Positions 37,541-52,300 of a stretch of DNA of 64,000 nt are shown here, piece after piece. How positions within the stretch are numbered: the first letter of the stretch is position 1; every line of letters starts with the position of its first letter. This DNA comes from Amphiscolops sp. MND2022 (taxonomy: Eukaryota). Below the pieces are notes generated by a model. The model was not told where the DNA came from, searched no databases, and saw only the letters and a list, made by a program, of their open reading frames with translations. Made by a program: the position numbers and the translations under genes. Location of the stretch: NCBI GenBank assembly GCA_964187785.1, contig OZ076409.1:33916001-33980000 (forward strand), given 5' to 3'.

Positions 37541-37880
37541 AACAAGTCGAAAAACTAGATTTTCGAACTGGAAACATCAGAGAAAGACTTATTAGCCTTT
37601 GGAGGTTTTTTTCGAGAAAGTATTTGATAAAAAAGTCGCATAGTGCCGAAAAACCCCAAAGGGGCCCTCTTGTCTCCGCCCTACTTCTGGAAGCATAAGA
37701 AAATATGTGCTTTAGTGCGAGACTCAAACCCACGCTCTCCTGCTTCTCAGACCCCAGAAAAATAGTCGGCGTAGAAGTTGAACAAATAAAGAAAAAATCT
37801 GGACCGATCGCGTTCAACTGAAGAAAAAAACTAGCCAGTGTAAGAGTCGTGCATTTTCTTCGCACACGACGGCTAAAAAC
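37541..37880. mobile_element. Short non-autonomous interspersed element (Helentron/HINE-like architecture)
   Basis: Begins AACAAG and ends with an imperfect hairpin GTCGTGC..GCACACGAC then CTAAAAAC. Internal AAGTCGCATAGTGCCGAAAAA recurs inverted at ~52387-52407, and a similar end occurs at 17846-17880. Confidence 0.45.
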
Positions 37881-39958
37881 TAAGCAGCATGCTTCTTCGA
37901 TGCGAAAACTATCGCTTCGTGCAAAAAGTTCGGAATGAACTCGAAAACGTCAAACGTGCAAAGCTTCCATATATTCGACATTTTTTTGAGATTTTTGTGA
38001 AACGACAGGGTTTGATGGTTCAGATTTTACAAAAATCTCAATGACGAATGACAGAGTTGTCCGATACAACTTTTGTAGTTATACACGCAGTTTGTCTCAA
38101 AAACATGCCTCAAAAAACTCAAAGATTTCCAGTTTTTCAATAATTTAATAATTTTCTGAAAAAAAAGTTTCGAAAGAAAATTGAAAAAATACTTAGACAT
38201 ACCGCATACTTGGCGAAAAGGTCTTGTTTTTGAACTTCTTATGCCCTTTTGTTGTAAATTTTTGAGCGGTTTGGTACGTTAGGATGGTGTAGTCATTAAA
38301 CAACGACTGAATCTGTTATCAAAGGGCCGTTTCTGAAGAGACATCTGCAGTTTGTCAGAAATGTGACTCACAATGACCGCGAATATGACAAAACAACAAA
38401 ATGTTTCAGTTTTCTTCATGTCTTAGTGAAGTGTTTCAGTCTCGAAGTTGTGGTAACTGGATCGATTAGAACATTCAAAAAGCTCCTGACAAACTATTAT
38501 CGCAATACGTTTTTTTCGGAAACCTTTGCAGAAAAATACCCAAGAGAGATCCCTAAAATTTCAAAATTATTTGTTGCAATTTCTGTACGAAATGGTCGAA
38601 AACATCAGTTTTCGATTTGTGAATGTCCTAATTATCCAGTAAGTTTAGTTCAATAGATAACTGCAGATAAAATAGGGCAGAAAAAAATGAATAACCAAAA
38701 GCTAGTTTTTGCCAAGTTTGTTCACATTTTTGCTCACTTCATAACTTTTTTCAGATCAGAACTTCCAATAACGTGAAAGGTGTAACACAAGGCTATTGAA
38801 AAGGCTATTCACTTGGAAAAGGTGGATGAAGTTCTTGAAAATGTTTTGAAAAATCAAAAAACTAATCACTTTTGACAAATTACTCTTAATTTTTAACAAA
38901 TTCCAAACTTTTTTCAAACTTAAAAGCGTCAGTAGGCTCAGCGTTGCAACATGTAGCTATCAGTACGTGTTTCGAAAACAAATTGGACAAAATTGTCATC
39001 GACAACGTTTACTTTTTTAAACCTTTTAAATGTCTTAGATAGGCTCCGGGCGAAATAACGAGCTATGCAGTACGCTTTTTAGAGCTAAGTTTCAAAGGTA
39101 GAAGAATAATCGCAGATTGAACAAAAGTCCAAAAAAATTGACGGTTTTTTACGTTTCAAGTGACTTTTCGAGCGAAGATATAACTGTTTGTTAGGTACTC
39201 CACACAGTTCGACAACAATACAATTAGGTATTTAGGGTGCCCATCAATTTAGTGTTTCCTTCGAAAGTGGGATGACATGAATCAAAAAGTGTTTTTTTTT
39301 CTTCAAACGTCTAGACATTTTCATAGTGCATTGGCTACTTTTGAGCCTCAAAATCAATTATGTACTTGCTAGAAGTTGGAACGGGAAATATCCTGCTGGT
39401 CAGCTGGCCTTGTAAGCGAAAAGTTGTCGGGTCATGGTCTCTTCCTTGTCTGATTGTTTCGTTGAAGCTTGGTACTAAACTTTTTTGGTATCTTTCGAGA
39501 GCTCACGGGTTTGAATCAAAAATTTCTAACCATTTCTACGGCAAAACAATTAAATTTGGGCTGGAAAAATTTTCAGCGTTAGTCAGACATCTCGCATATA
39601 AACTTCAAAAAGGCAGAACAGATTGCATGATATCAAATTTGAATTGTCAAAGAATACAGTTAACAGAAAACATATACAAAATATTGATTGTTTAAAAACA
39701 CAAACAAACAAACATTCTATTGCATAGTGTAGCACCAAGTGTTAAATTTGTCAAATATTAAAACGAAAGGTATAACAGTACGAATCATTTTTCCTAAAAA
39801 AATCTACAAACTAGAAAATTATTGACTTTATTTAGATTTCTATTGAAATTAATCTCGAAAATTTTTCAAGTTTTCTACTTCGGGTCTGAAATGAATGAAA
39901 AGGTTGGCTGCTCCGTCTGTGCATGTTAGACAACAAAGAGTGAATAAAATTGATTGGC

Positions 39959-40370
39959 TCACAGAATGCTGACTGCTGGACTGGGTTTGATGGTCAGAGT
40001 TGACATACTCTTCTGATAATCACTCTGTTGCAACTGGGCCGCCTGCTGCTGTTTCACAACTTCGAAGTACTTCAAAAGTTGTTTTCTATGTTTCTCGTTC
40101 CCCACCCCTAGTTTCTTCAGTGTCCGTGAGTCCATGTTGCGATCTATTACGTCATCTAGAAGGTGTATGCCGTTATTTTTGAAGCCGGCGCTGTACTGGG
40201 GTAGTTTGAGCTGGGTGAGACATTCCTCTATGGTCCAGAGTCCCCTCTGTTGTCTCTGGGGGGTGAAGCTGCTGAAGCTGCCCGTGGTCGTGTTTTTGGA
40301 GAGCAGGGTGCCGCTGGCGTAGTTGTTGCAGTCGATGTCCATCAGATGGCGGTTAGAACGGGGAAGGGTG
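39959..40370 (-). CDS. Eph terminal exon: SAM domain and PDZ-binding C-terminus
   Basis: TIEECLTQLKLPQYSAGFKNNGI...LKKLGVGNEKHRKQLL; ends AVSIL-stop. Confidence 0.93.
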
Positions 40371-43300
40371 CTGAAACAGATATGAAAAAAGCACGTTTTT
40401 TAAATATTTTCTTGCTTATTTTCTATTGATTTCAAATTAGTATGACAAAACTTGCGGTTTTGGAGAAACTTTCTATAAATTTTCAAGTTCGGGAATTTCG
40501 GCGTGCTTTGTAAAAAAAGTTCTAAATTGTTATAATTTCGAATTACACGAATGGAATGAGTTTTCAAAATGCTTCCGCCTTGTAACATCCAACGTAAACA
40601 TAGTTTTGTAACAGGTTTCTATTAAAAATTTCAAGCGTCGTGGATGGTTTGGGGTGAAACGTTGGAAGCTTTTCAAAATCATAGCATAATCTATTTTCAC
40701 TTCATTCTCATCTCAACTTGCTTACTTGCTTCAAAAGAATTGACTCTGCTAACTTCTCACCTGCCAACTTGCTGAGCGAGCGCGTCTCTCTGCTTGATGA
40801 AGTGATAAAAGGTCTGACTGAGGAATGCGAAAGTGGGTCTTCGTTTGGCATCCGGCTCCCAGCACTGCATCATGAGGTTGTAAAGGGCCATGGAGCAAGG
40901 TGTGTTATTAACCGGCAGTTTGTGGCCACAAAACACTGCCTTCTGGATCTCCTCTGGTCTCTTTCCAGCCCACGGTCTGTCCCCCTGAGAAATTATTTCC
41001 CACATGAGCACCCCAAAGGACCACACATCACTGGCTGAGGAGAACTTGCCACAATCCAGCACTTCCGGAGATAGCCAGGGGAGCATTTCTATCCACAGCT
41101 GTAAAATTACATGAAACAATCAGTCATGTATCTTCTAGTAAATGAAATAATCGTGATCAGAGAAGTGGCAGAGAAGAATAAACCATATATTACATGCTCA
41201 AATATTCGAATTCTAACCTTGTTCAAAGTCTTGATATTTTCAAAATAAAAGGAGCCCAACGACTGATTTCCATTAGTTACACTTCTTAATTTTTCAAAAA
41301 TGTGTGTAGAATGATTGACATATTTCATTTTTAAAATGCACATCAAAATACAAGTCAAAGAATAATGATAAATTCTGAACATGTTTCATTTACTGAATAT
41401 TCCAAAAAAGATGGTTCTAGGCATAATCCAATAATATAACCAAACATCATTGAAATTTGTCCGACTTTTTTTCAAAAGCATGTGAATGTAGCATGTGGAA
41501 AGATCGGAGTTATCATTTAAAAAGAAAATGATACGGAACAAATTTTGAGAAACAAATTGGGTCCATGTGTTCTCATGCAATGAAAACATTCGGGGTGCCT
41601 TTTTGCATTTGGAAAAGCTTTTTATTTATGTGGGAAACATTAAAATTCTTACTTTTTCTGTTTATGTCTCGGTTCATCTGTTTTAATACCTTTTATAACT
41701 TATCATGCATATTGAGAGTATAATTTTATGTGGGTTAATGCAACCACTCAAGCTACTCAACAGTCTTGTAGTGACTGTACCATTAAATTCCCAAGAGTTA
41801 TACGAAAAAAAACTTGATCGAAGAAAGTCTTGCATAAATTAGCTTTTATGAACGACGCAACGAATCTTTCAAGTAGTATTGCTGAATACTAACGTTGAAA
41901 TACTCCAGAACACTTTCGCTATTGAAGCATATGATAAAGTAATAACCTCATAATGCATATAAAATATTTAGCATCATAAAAAAGGATCGAAGATTGTTCA
42001 TTTTTCATGTCAGAGCAAAAAACAAGTCAAGTTTTCAAATTTAATCGTATACTTTCAACACCTTTGATGTTCGATCCAAATGAAATGAAGGGACGTGCCG
42101 CTACTTAATTATCTCACTTGACAATGGCCGACCTGAATGTAATGTAAAGGGCCTCTGGAAAAGAAAAACCGGGGAATTTCATGCAACATTTACCACAATT
42201 TTCCATTCTGAATTTAGAGAAAAAATTTAAAAACAAGAGTTCTAGAAAGATGGCGAAATTTGGAAATTAAAGCCATGATCTTCTATGTGGCAGAACTTAC
42301 AACCATAAGAAGAAAAATTGATCAAGCGTTCACCTCAGAGTTTCCACAATATAACACAGACCCATGTAGTGTCATTATCTACTAGATTTATATTCGTTTT
42401 TTTTTCAAGTCAAATTCTTTTCATTTGAGCAAATAACGACGACAAGTATATGTTTCAATACAACGTTCGAAAAATCGTTTTATTGAAGTTAAGAAGCTTT
42501 TAGAGGTTGTAAAATAGAGGGGAGCAGATTGTTGAATAGCTCTCGAGGCTGGAGATGTTTTGATGATTAAAAATTCGCACCCAGTTGCTACTAAAGTACA
42601 CTCTTGTCTGCCTCAATTAAGCGGCAGTCGAACTCAAAGAGATTACAATTAACATCCAATATCTAATCATGCCCAGGTTGATTGCAGACACGATTCACTC
42701 TTCAAACTGCTTTCGAATTTCTCAACCAAACTAGCCGTCCAAACAAAATCCCCACACAACTAAAGATGACTTCTTCAACTCCTGGCGAATGATGCCTTGT
42801 AGAAGTACAAAGTGTATTGGTGCTTGAAACCAATCAATTGTATAAACTTAATACCAATTGAAGTACTTCAAGTTTACATTGTGTTTTTCTCAAGTAACAA
42901 GGTGATTTTACCATCAAATTATAATTATTGTTATCTTGCAGCATGAAAAGAGGTTCTTGTGGATGATTATCGAACATACAAGTAGCACGCTGACCTGACC
43001 ATTGGCGAACTTCAAAGAACCACGTTTGAAAAAGTTCTAGTTGAAACAAACCGCAAAGGACTTTAGATCCAATCTTGTCGATCCGGACCAATCTAACACA
43101 CTTTATCAATACAAATAATAATAATAAGCATCATCTATTTTATCATTTTTTGTCAAACGAGCTTCCAAATATAGGTTCTTTTTCGGGCAATTTTTGAGAA
43201 AAACGGAGAAAAACCGATCAAAATTTTCTGATTTTCCTCGTTTTGTGAAAGGTGTTCGACTTCCACTTTGGGGAAAGTGCGTCCAAACATGTGAGAAACA

Positions 43301-46300
43301 TTGTATAAAATTTTGGATTTTCCGAAAAATTGTACATGCCTACCTGTTTATGCATTATAGGTGACAAGCGACAGCGAAAGACACCAACCTCTTTCGTTTC
43401 AATGGAAGAGTCCATCAGTTCTTCATCTAGCAAAACACGGTGGTCGAATCCCGCAATTTTAGGAGTGCCCTCTTCCGTCAAATACACGTTTCTAGCTCTC
43501 AGCACCTGAAAAATCATCAAGTTTTTTTTTCAATTTTGCCTAAATATTGACTGCCAGTGATAATTTTGCAGTTACCATCGCGGTTTCATGCTGAATTATG
43601 TGCGAGTACGCATGGATGCATGGATTCCACGAAAATTTGCTGGAATATAGCTGCGACTTGAAACATGACGCAAAAGACTTCCACGTAAGTGGGAAAGTAA
43701 TGAGATTGTTGAATATATATATATATTCATTTATGTTAAAAATGATTCCCCTTTGCCCCTGTATCAGCGTAGCTTAACTTTTAAGGAAAAGGTCTGACGT
43801 TTTTGTGGGGGCAAAAAAACTTTGTAAGAAGAAAACATTCCAGCAAAGAATATAGAATCTAGTAACCCGGACAGTACCCCTTCGAAACACTGAACTGCTT
43901 CCGAAGTCCTAAAACTTTGTCACTCCGCTTATTCTGCAAAAACTACCGTGATCGTTGCACATGATTTCAATATTGGAAAGATTTTAAATCACATTTTGTC
44001 AAAGTAAGCAATTTGTATAACTTTGTCAATTAAATTGACCGAAGTTTGATTATTTTGTGTACTTTCTCCGCGTCTTGGTTAAGTGTCTGTGAATCAATAA
44101 TAAGTTTAATTCTGGTTAGAAAACGACCAATATTTTCATTTATTCGACCGGTTTATGCAAGCCAATGTTTGATGATAAGGGCATAAAAGGAGACAAGCCA
44201 AGCATAGAAGTTGGGGCGTCCATTCAATTCAGGCAATTCAAATTTGAACAAGAGATTGTAAACACGTGTAAACATTTGTATCAAAGTTACCATTGTGAGA
44301 GAATGCACAAAATGAAGATTACCACGGTGGTACTTATGGCATCTTTTGTTTCATTCTTTCTAAAGGTGAAAGTTGAGATTGCATGAAATGCCGGCCACCA
44401 CAATTTTAACTTTCCAATGTTAAAAACAGCACAAAATAAATAAGAAATTTACTATCCGCAAACAGAAACTCATGTTGCCAGGGAGCGCGCGAAGGTAATA
44501 AATATTCCAAGAAACATAAATTAGGTTGGGTCACTGGTTACCCATGAGTACGAACTTGATGATCATAAAAAACAATGATGCTTTTCAGTACTTTTATCGG
44601 CTTTAATTCTTCAGAAAACATGCGTTCCTAAAGAAATGGCAGAGAAAAAAACTTTTTTCAAATTGAAATCCCACAGCTGTAAGGGCAACTCAAAGCAAAC
44701 GAATAAAGGATACTCGATTGTCCGTCTCATCGATGCAAACAGAAACTTTCAAATAGATACTGTCGCATAATACTACTTCCTTCAATACAACTCTTAGGAT
44801 GGTCTTCCTTGTCTTGGTTCCCAGTTATCAAAAGTTGTCATCGCTGGTTTTATTGCACCAATTTTGACCACCTGGTCTTGATGATGGCCAGTCAAATTGT
44901 GTATATCAACTTGATTACCAACTTACTATACTTCATAAAGTTGGAACAGAACAAATATTAAAGGTATTTGAAACTCAGATGATAACAACCGAGAGTTTTC
45001 ATTCATTGCATTCAAATGCCACAGATACGTTTTCGAATGTTCAATATTTTTTTGCAAACATGAATTACGGTTTTAAATAGGTTGTACATGATTGTGTTTT
45101 AATATTTCCAGATTTTCTCCAGCTGATCTTTCTCATCCTAGAGTTGCTCCTTACCTTATGAATGTATCCCAGTTCGGACAGGTACTGCATTCCAGTGGCG
45201 ATGCCCCGCATGATGTGCACTTCAGGGGACCCCGGCCTGGCAGCCCCCCCGGCCACCCCACACGGGGCGAACTCAGAGGCAGAGAGGCTCTGCTGAGTGG
45301 CGGACATGGCCATGGCGGACTTGCGTTGTTGTTGCCAAAGAGTGTTGCTCAAAAGAGCGTGTTCTAAAGTGGTGTCTGCGTTCTCATACACTGCGTACTC
45401 GGGGTAATCTGTACAACACATATCTCATGTTTACATTTGAGAGAGCTTGCAAGGCAAAGTCAAAGGTCGTTGGGTCAAACTTGGGAGATTAGAGGTCACG
45501 AATGAGGGTCAAATAAGTAACAAACGCTGGTCCTGAAAACTGAACTTGTCTTTTTACCTTTTTAGGTAGTTCGTTGAAAAAAATGAAAGTTTTAATAAGT
45601 TCTTGTGGATTTGTTGCCATCAATATCTAACATGATACATTCGATAAAAATATTCATTTTGATCTAGAGGTTGCGGTGTTATAATTTGGGGGCTTCCCAC
45701 GAAGCAGAATATTCACTAAGCCGAAAAAACGAAAGTATTCACTAAGCCGAAAAAACGAAAGTATTCACTAAGCCGAAAAAATGAAAGTATTCACTAAGCC
45801 GAAAATTACGTAGCACTGTATAATTCTCTGCAATCTAATTGGCTGACGCGGGCGGACCGGAACGAAGTCCGTTCAGAATTTTTTTTTTAAATGAAATTTT
45901 CAATTTCCCCCAGTCAGCTATGTTCACATACTCCTAGTGCCCTAAATGCAGGAGCGAAGCGAAGCGGAGCGACGTGCCATTTGGCCATGCCTCAATGTTG
46001 CTACCTGGCGAAGGGAGCGAAGCGACTGAGCCATACAACAAATATTCTAACCTATTCAAATAAATCAAGTTCCATACATATTGGCTGTAACAGTATACAT
46101 TTCATTGTATTTTTCGGCTTAGTGAATACTTTCAATTTTTCGGCTTAGTGAATATTCTGCTTCGTGACACCCCACCTTATAATTTAAACACAGCCAATGA
46201 TTGAGTGCGGAAACAGTTACAGTCATTTGATTAACAGAATTGCATTTTGGGATTGAAAAACAATCGTTTATATCATCATAGGCATTATTGAACATATTTT

Positions 46301-49300
46301 AAACCAAGCACACCTCTAACCATAAATCATACAACGAAAACCTTCCTCTAAAAATTTGCCTTTTTGGAAATCTTTCCAATTTTTTGAAGAAAATTAACTG
46401 TTCAATTCAGAATTTCAGGAAACGTCAGTTCAAAAATTGAGAAAAGTAATATAGAATCTGGTGACTTACATAATCGTTTTTTTTAAAAAAAACGTAAAGT
46501 CAATGACATTTAAAGTATATCTATCATACAAGCGGATATGTCTACGAGGGTCATCGAAACAGGTCAAATTAACAGTGGATCGTTTTGAACAAAGAGGAAG
46601 AAAAATAGGCAAGAGCACTTTTTGTTGTTCAATTTCAGTTCTGTTAATGAGAGAATAGGTATTTGTTGTTAGAGACGGGAAAGAAGAGCATCATCAGGAG
46701 CAGTGATGACTCACCGTCTGGGCCAGCTTCTATTCCCAGAACTTTCAAGGGTGCTTCAAAAATTAAAGAGTAAATTAGGCGAGTTTATAACTAGACGTCT
46801 AATTCACTGCTATGATACACATCTTATTCCATCATATTCGTCTATCTATATTATGCTCATATAATTTTGAAAGAGCAAAAGTTTTTTTGCTAAAAAGAAG
46901 CTATTTTTCTGAGGCTGATAAAACGAAAATGTTGAAAAAAGACCCATGTCGAATATTGCCAATATGACACGCAAAGGTCAGTTCGATTGAAAATTTGTTT
47001 CAGAATCACAATTAGTCTCTCCTCTTTTACACTTCTACCTCTATTTGATGAAAATATAAGGACCGCGCGTATTCACAGTCACATTTGAGATACAGATTTT
47101 TGATAGCAGTCATAATCTTGGGATTCAGTCAACTGGAAATGAATCACAGTTTCGAAAGAAGGTAATTACTGTAGGAGCTTAGTCTTCGATAGCCAGTATG
47201 CTTCTCAAAAATATTCGCATACAACACTGACTTTCGCCATCGTTCTAAATTAAGGGAAAACGTTTTAATCAAGGAAAGACATCAGGAGACTTATGCTGAC
47301 AACTTTTAATTTACTTTCTAACCCCATATCGAGATCATTTTGAAGTAATGGAATTATGGAACACGATGTCGCAATTTGCACACGTTCTCTAGAAAAACTA
47401 GGATTGGTATCGAATAGGGAATATTTTCGAGCTTAGTGAAACTGGTTGACAAAGAAATATGACATCATCATCATTAGTAGCAAGATGACGAGTTATGTAA
47501 TAATGTTACGAAACGATGACATAAAAACAAATGATGTCATTCGAGAGCAATGGCAATAACCCACCTTTTCGGACAATTCCACACAACTTGAGGACGTTGC
47601 AGTCATATGACAGCTGGGCGGCGATGGCTATCTCGTTGAGGAATACCCGTCTACTGTCTACATTCATGATACACCCACTGTCACTGCTGCCTCCGTGAAC
47701 CCCGACCCCGGCAGGACCTCCCGGATGCAATCCCCCCACGGCCATGTAGGTAGAGAAGGGTGGCGAGGCCATTGAGGATGCACAGGCCGCTTTTTTAATC
47801 AGAACCGGAACTTCCACGAAAGAAGAGGCGCCGCTATTTGCTCCGAAATTGCTTCCGTTGCTGTCCATGTAACTTCCTTTCATAAATCCGAAACTTCCTA
47901 AAATTGAAGAAATCATTATCAAGAGAGCACATTATAAAAGGATGGAGTTTAATGTTGAGATATGTGCGTTTGATTACAACAATTTCCTATCGGAAGTGTT
48001 TGGTCGATATTAATGACTGATGCGCAAAACCAAGTCTAAAAACGGCACGTATCGCTACTAACGTTTCCAGCAAAGAAGTATCAGATAAATTTTCACCTTG
48101 AAACATGGTTTTTACGGGATGACGTCATGAGACAATTAGCAAGTTTAACTTTTTGAGCCACATTGTTTTTATTATTCAGAAAAGCAAGACAAGGTGTTTT
48201 TTGAAATGGGCGTTTGAAACCAACATGGGAATCTCAGATTGATTTTTTGAAAATTTTTCTTCATTTTCAGCAAAATTCGTTGGAAAACCAAAGACGTGAA
48301 CTAATTGCATCTCCTTGTTGTCAAATAATGAGTTCAAATTTTGATAATAGTGATTACTAATCAAGTCTCAGCGCTTAGGTATACAATGTGGGTGGACGTT
48401 TTGACATGATACAAATCTATTGAAAATTCAACTTTCCAAGAAAATAAAGAGAAGCATGAAAAATTGACTGATCACAGTCAATTCGCCCGTTGTTATTGAC
48501 CGATGTCACATTTCAATAATAAATATGTCATGATTTTATGTATTCGAGAGATCTCATTGAGTCATGTTTTAATAGCTTATATACATGCGGCCTAGATATG
48601 AAAACTTCAATTTGCAAAAATAACATAAAAAAACTGGTTGTAGTCTATTATAATTGCGCAATAATGACCAGATGGCACCCTTGTTTTCAAACAATACTCC
48701 CTTCTGTTAAGTACTCCCCCAAGTTAAATTTAATCCGAGAAGTGCATCACCAATTTATCATATCCTCTATCTCCTCAACATGTTCCACTAGAACGATTCC
48801 TTGAGTCAGGGTTCAAATGGCTTTATATCTAATTGTAAAATCAATTATTGGATTTTTGGGGGGACTTGCGAGATCAAGGAACAAGGACGGAGCAATAGGT
48901 GAAAATTAGAGTATATGAAGTATGTTACAGAATGCTGGTTAATGGCAAGATGCGTTTGACAGGATTTAATAGAAATGTCTATTAAATTTCGGGATGCACG
49001 AAATAAAAAGGTAGCAGAAAGAAATGGAAATTAAGTTGGAGTCACTCAAGCGAGTGCAGTGCGCTAGTCGCCTAATAACCTGAGCTCATTTCCGATTCAA
49101 CCACATTACAAAAAACTCAGGTTTGATAAAGGTCGACGATTATGAAGGGATGAAAATTTCCTTGGAAAACTTTATGGAGCTTTTCATCGATATTGACACT
49201 TTCGCCCAAAAAACGGACAGTGTGAATTGTGGCTTAAACAAGTGTTTTGAGTAACAGCATTTTATCTCGCCAGATTGACAAGACAGATCTTCAAGTTAAA

Positions 49301-52300
49301 AGCCAGTTTTTGAAAAGCATCATTTACTGTTGTTGTTCACGCAGTTTGGAATTTTCTTTGAATATCTCTAAATTTTCCATGCTACAGAAAAAGTTCGTGG
49401 AAGGTGCTCAGTATGAGATCTTACCTACGCTATGTGTCAGTTTGCACACGCTTATACGAGTCTGCTTTCTTTTTGCTTTTTTGCTGGGAGCTACTCAAAT
49501 TATTTGAAAGACTAAGTAGCTCAAAGCTTTAAAAAGGAAGGAGATTCGCATCAATTAAGATTACTCTTTTCAGGTTTCTTACACCTTACATCGATGCTTC
49601 TCCCGAATCCATACATGACTCCCTTTTCTATCCAAAAAAAATCGTGATTCATTTACCTTTCTTCACTAATTTTATGCTGATCTAGCTAATCAACCTCACT
49701 GATTCTTTTATTACATTTGGTGCAAATTTTCTCAATTTTCAGCTCATTAAAAAATTCAGCATGATTAGATACGCTTAATTATAACAGTTGAAAATCGACC
49801 GGTTCGCAATTTTAGCCTCCGAAGATTCGATCTCCAAAATTAAGACTAATAATTGTTCACGTTTGAGACAAAGTCCCCTCCCCTCCTGTGTAAAATGGTA
49901 AAAATGATGTATTTAAGATCAATTTTCGAATCGAACAGTCAAAACTGTGTCTTAGTTAAAGACCACAGGTGCAAAATAGAATTGATTGATTAATTATTAG
50001 ATGCCTCAGGTAAGCTATACGAGTAAGCATGGTACTATTGATAACTCCTGCTGGTATTGATACGGTTTGACAACAACCTTTTAAAACTTTTTTCTACACC
50101 TACTAAAAATTTAAAGCAAAATTAGTTCCAAAATTGGTCATTTGCTCAAAATTTGATTAATATCTTTCATTGAAAGCATCATTTCTGACGCTGATTTCCT
50201 GCAAAAGACAAAAATGAGAACTTCAAGGGTTGCAAAATCCTTATTAATGACTCCGAATTTGCCGCAAAGTCCGGAAATTAAGCGCAACTTTTAATCGATT
50301 TGTCCCTAGATAAAAGGGGTCCTTTCTCCCGCTCAAATAATTAGCCAGATTATCATTTTTTTCTGCAATATTAGAAGCTAAAGTCTCCGCTATAACTGCA
50401 AAAATTTCAATAAAATTTTTTTTGCAGATAGATTTCATCATCGTCTTGAGGGAATACTGGCGCCGGACTGTTGAATTGGTCGCTTTTCATTAAATTTTGA
50501 ATTTAAAAAATAACTCTTCGCAGCCCTAATTGATAAAGTAATACGACTCAATTCCGCCCAATTGCCGGAAGAAACTGCAAGTAAACAGGTTCTAATTAGC
50601 AAAATTAAAGCTCTAAAGTATTGTTCTCAAAGTTGAGTGTACAATACTTTTCGTCAAGATGCTTGAAAATTTTCAAATCATCAATATTTTTCATTTAAGC
50701 AAAGATTGCTGAACATTTTTCACTACGTTATTTAATTTTTAGTCTACTGTGGTGTTAGTCTATAGCTTGCAGCAACTGCAGTAAAAAAAAGTATGGAAAT
50801 AAATTTGCTGGATTTAATTGGTTCCTCTTTGGAAAACGAAATGATTGGTAAACTCCATTACAGAGGCAACGACGATCCTCGTTTTTGTCCAACTTTTTTA
50901 TTGTCGTCGTGTCATAATTGCGATCTTAGAAGGTATAGAATCATTTCGAGAGTGATCTCAAGTTATACAGTTATACTATTTGTGAATCAAGGCGTTAGTG
51001 CAGTGCGAGAATGTATACAGAGATAGAAAGAGCGTGTTTGATAGTAATTTGAGGGTCTTACCTTTCAGTTCACAAGCTGGGAACTCGAATTTAGAGGGAT
51101 AGTTTATTCTTTCTTCCTCCAATTCATGGATACCACATTCTCCGATGATTTGCTCGGCGCAGTTCGGCTCGGCTTGACTAGGGTCCACGAAAGCAGCACC
51201 ACCTACCGGCAGTTTTGTGTCTGAAACAAAGGCCACTCTTTCATAAACTTTGGAATACGAAAACGAAATCTTTAACAAACTCTTGGAAATCACAAAATTT
51301 CAATAAATGAGACAACCTTAAAAGATTGAAAAACGAAGTTGCTTTCTCGAAGGTGCATCATATTTCTCTTATATTTCAAAAAACTTACTAGAATTATATT
51401 GCAAATGTAGAAAATCTTGGCAACAAAATTTCCTTTAAAAAAGAAGACCTTGCGACATTCGAAGATTCAGATTCATACGAGAGGCATAAAAGGCAGCTCA
51501 TTGAACAGACCAGATGAATGTTTGTTTTACAGAACAGCTAAACCTTAGAAATTTGGATGAAATTGTACTCTCTGATAACACCATGTTATGCATGCAGTGG
51601 CGGAGAGGGTCAAAAGGATGAAATTATAAAGTTCACGCGGAGAGAGAGAGAGAAGAATGGAATCAAAGAGGAAGACAAATTTTGTTTTGCCTCCTTGACT
51701 AATGGGAACGCACCAAATGCTTCATCCAATTAGTGTAGAATATGTCTTCTTTATTGGCTGTGCGCGTGACATATCTGTCAATTACACTCGCTTTTCCAGT
51801 CCCAGCTAGCTTTCAGCCCCCGGCTCTGTAAGCTATATCCCAGGCCCCATCCTAGCAACCTAGCCTTGCTCCTTGCCTCGTTCTTGCAACACCCTCCCCT
51901 TTTACCATATACCAAACACTGCCTCTCCCCTTATCCTTGGCCCAACTGAGCAACCCAACTTCGCAAAAAATACCATTTAAAAGTACTGAAAGTTCAGTAA
52001 CGCATGCAGTTCGAATTCTATTTGTTGGGAAGTTGTACTCAAGATTCAATTGCATTCATTTCATAACTTTTCTCGATAACAATTTCCAGATACAGTATGG
52101 AATTTTTTTTTGCTTCAGCACTATTTTTTAATCCAAGAATTTATTTTGAGTTTTTGTATTACAAAATTTTTGCAAGAGGTTAAATTTTAAAACAAGACGC
52201 CCGCTGAGCAGCGGGATATTTTCCGCCCCGAACTGTTCTACAACTACATAAGTTTGAGGCTCAAGAATAAGCCAATGCACTATAAAAATGCCAATAAGTT

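Noticed and set aside
37705..37740. tRNA gene (B-box-like GGGTTTGAGTCTCGC on the minus strand)
   Set aside because: No cloverleaf or A-box found; it is part of an interspersed repeat.
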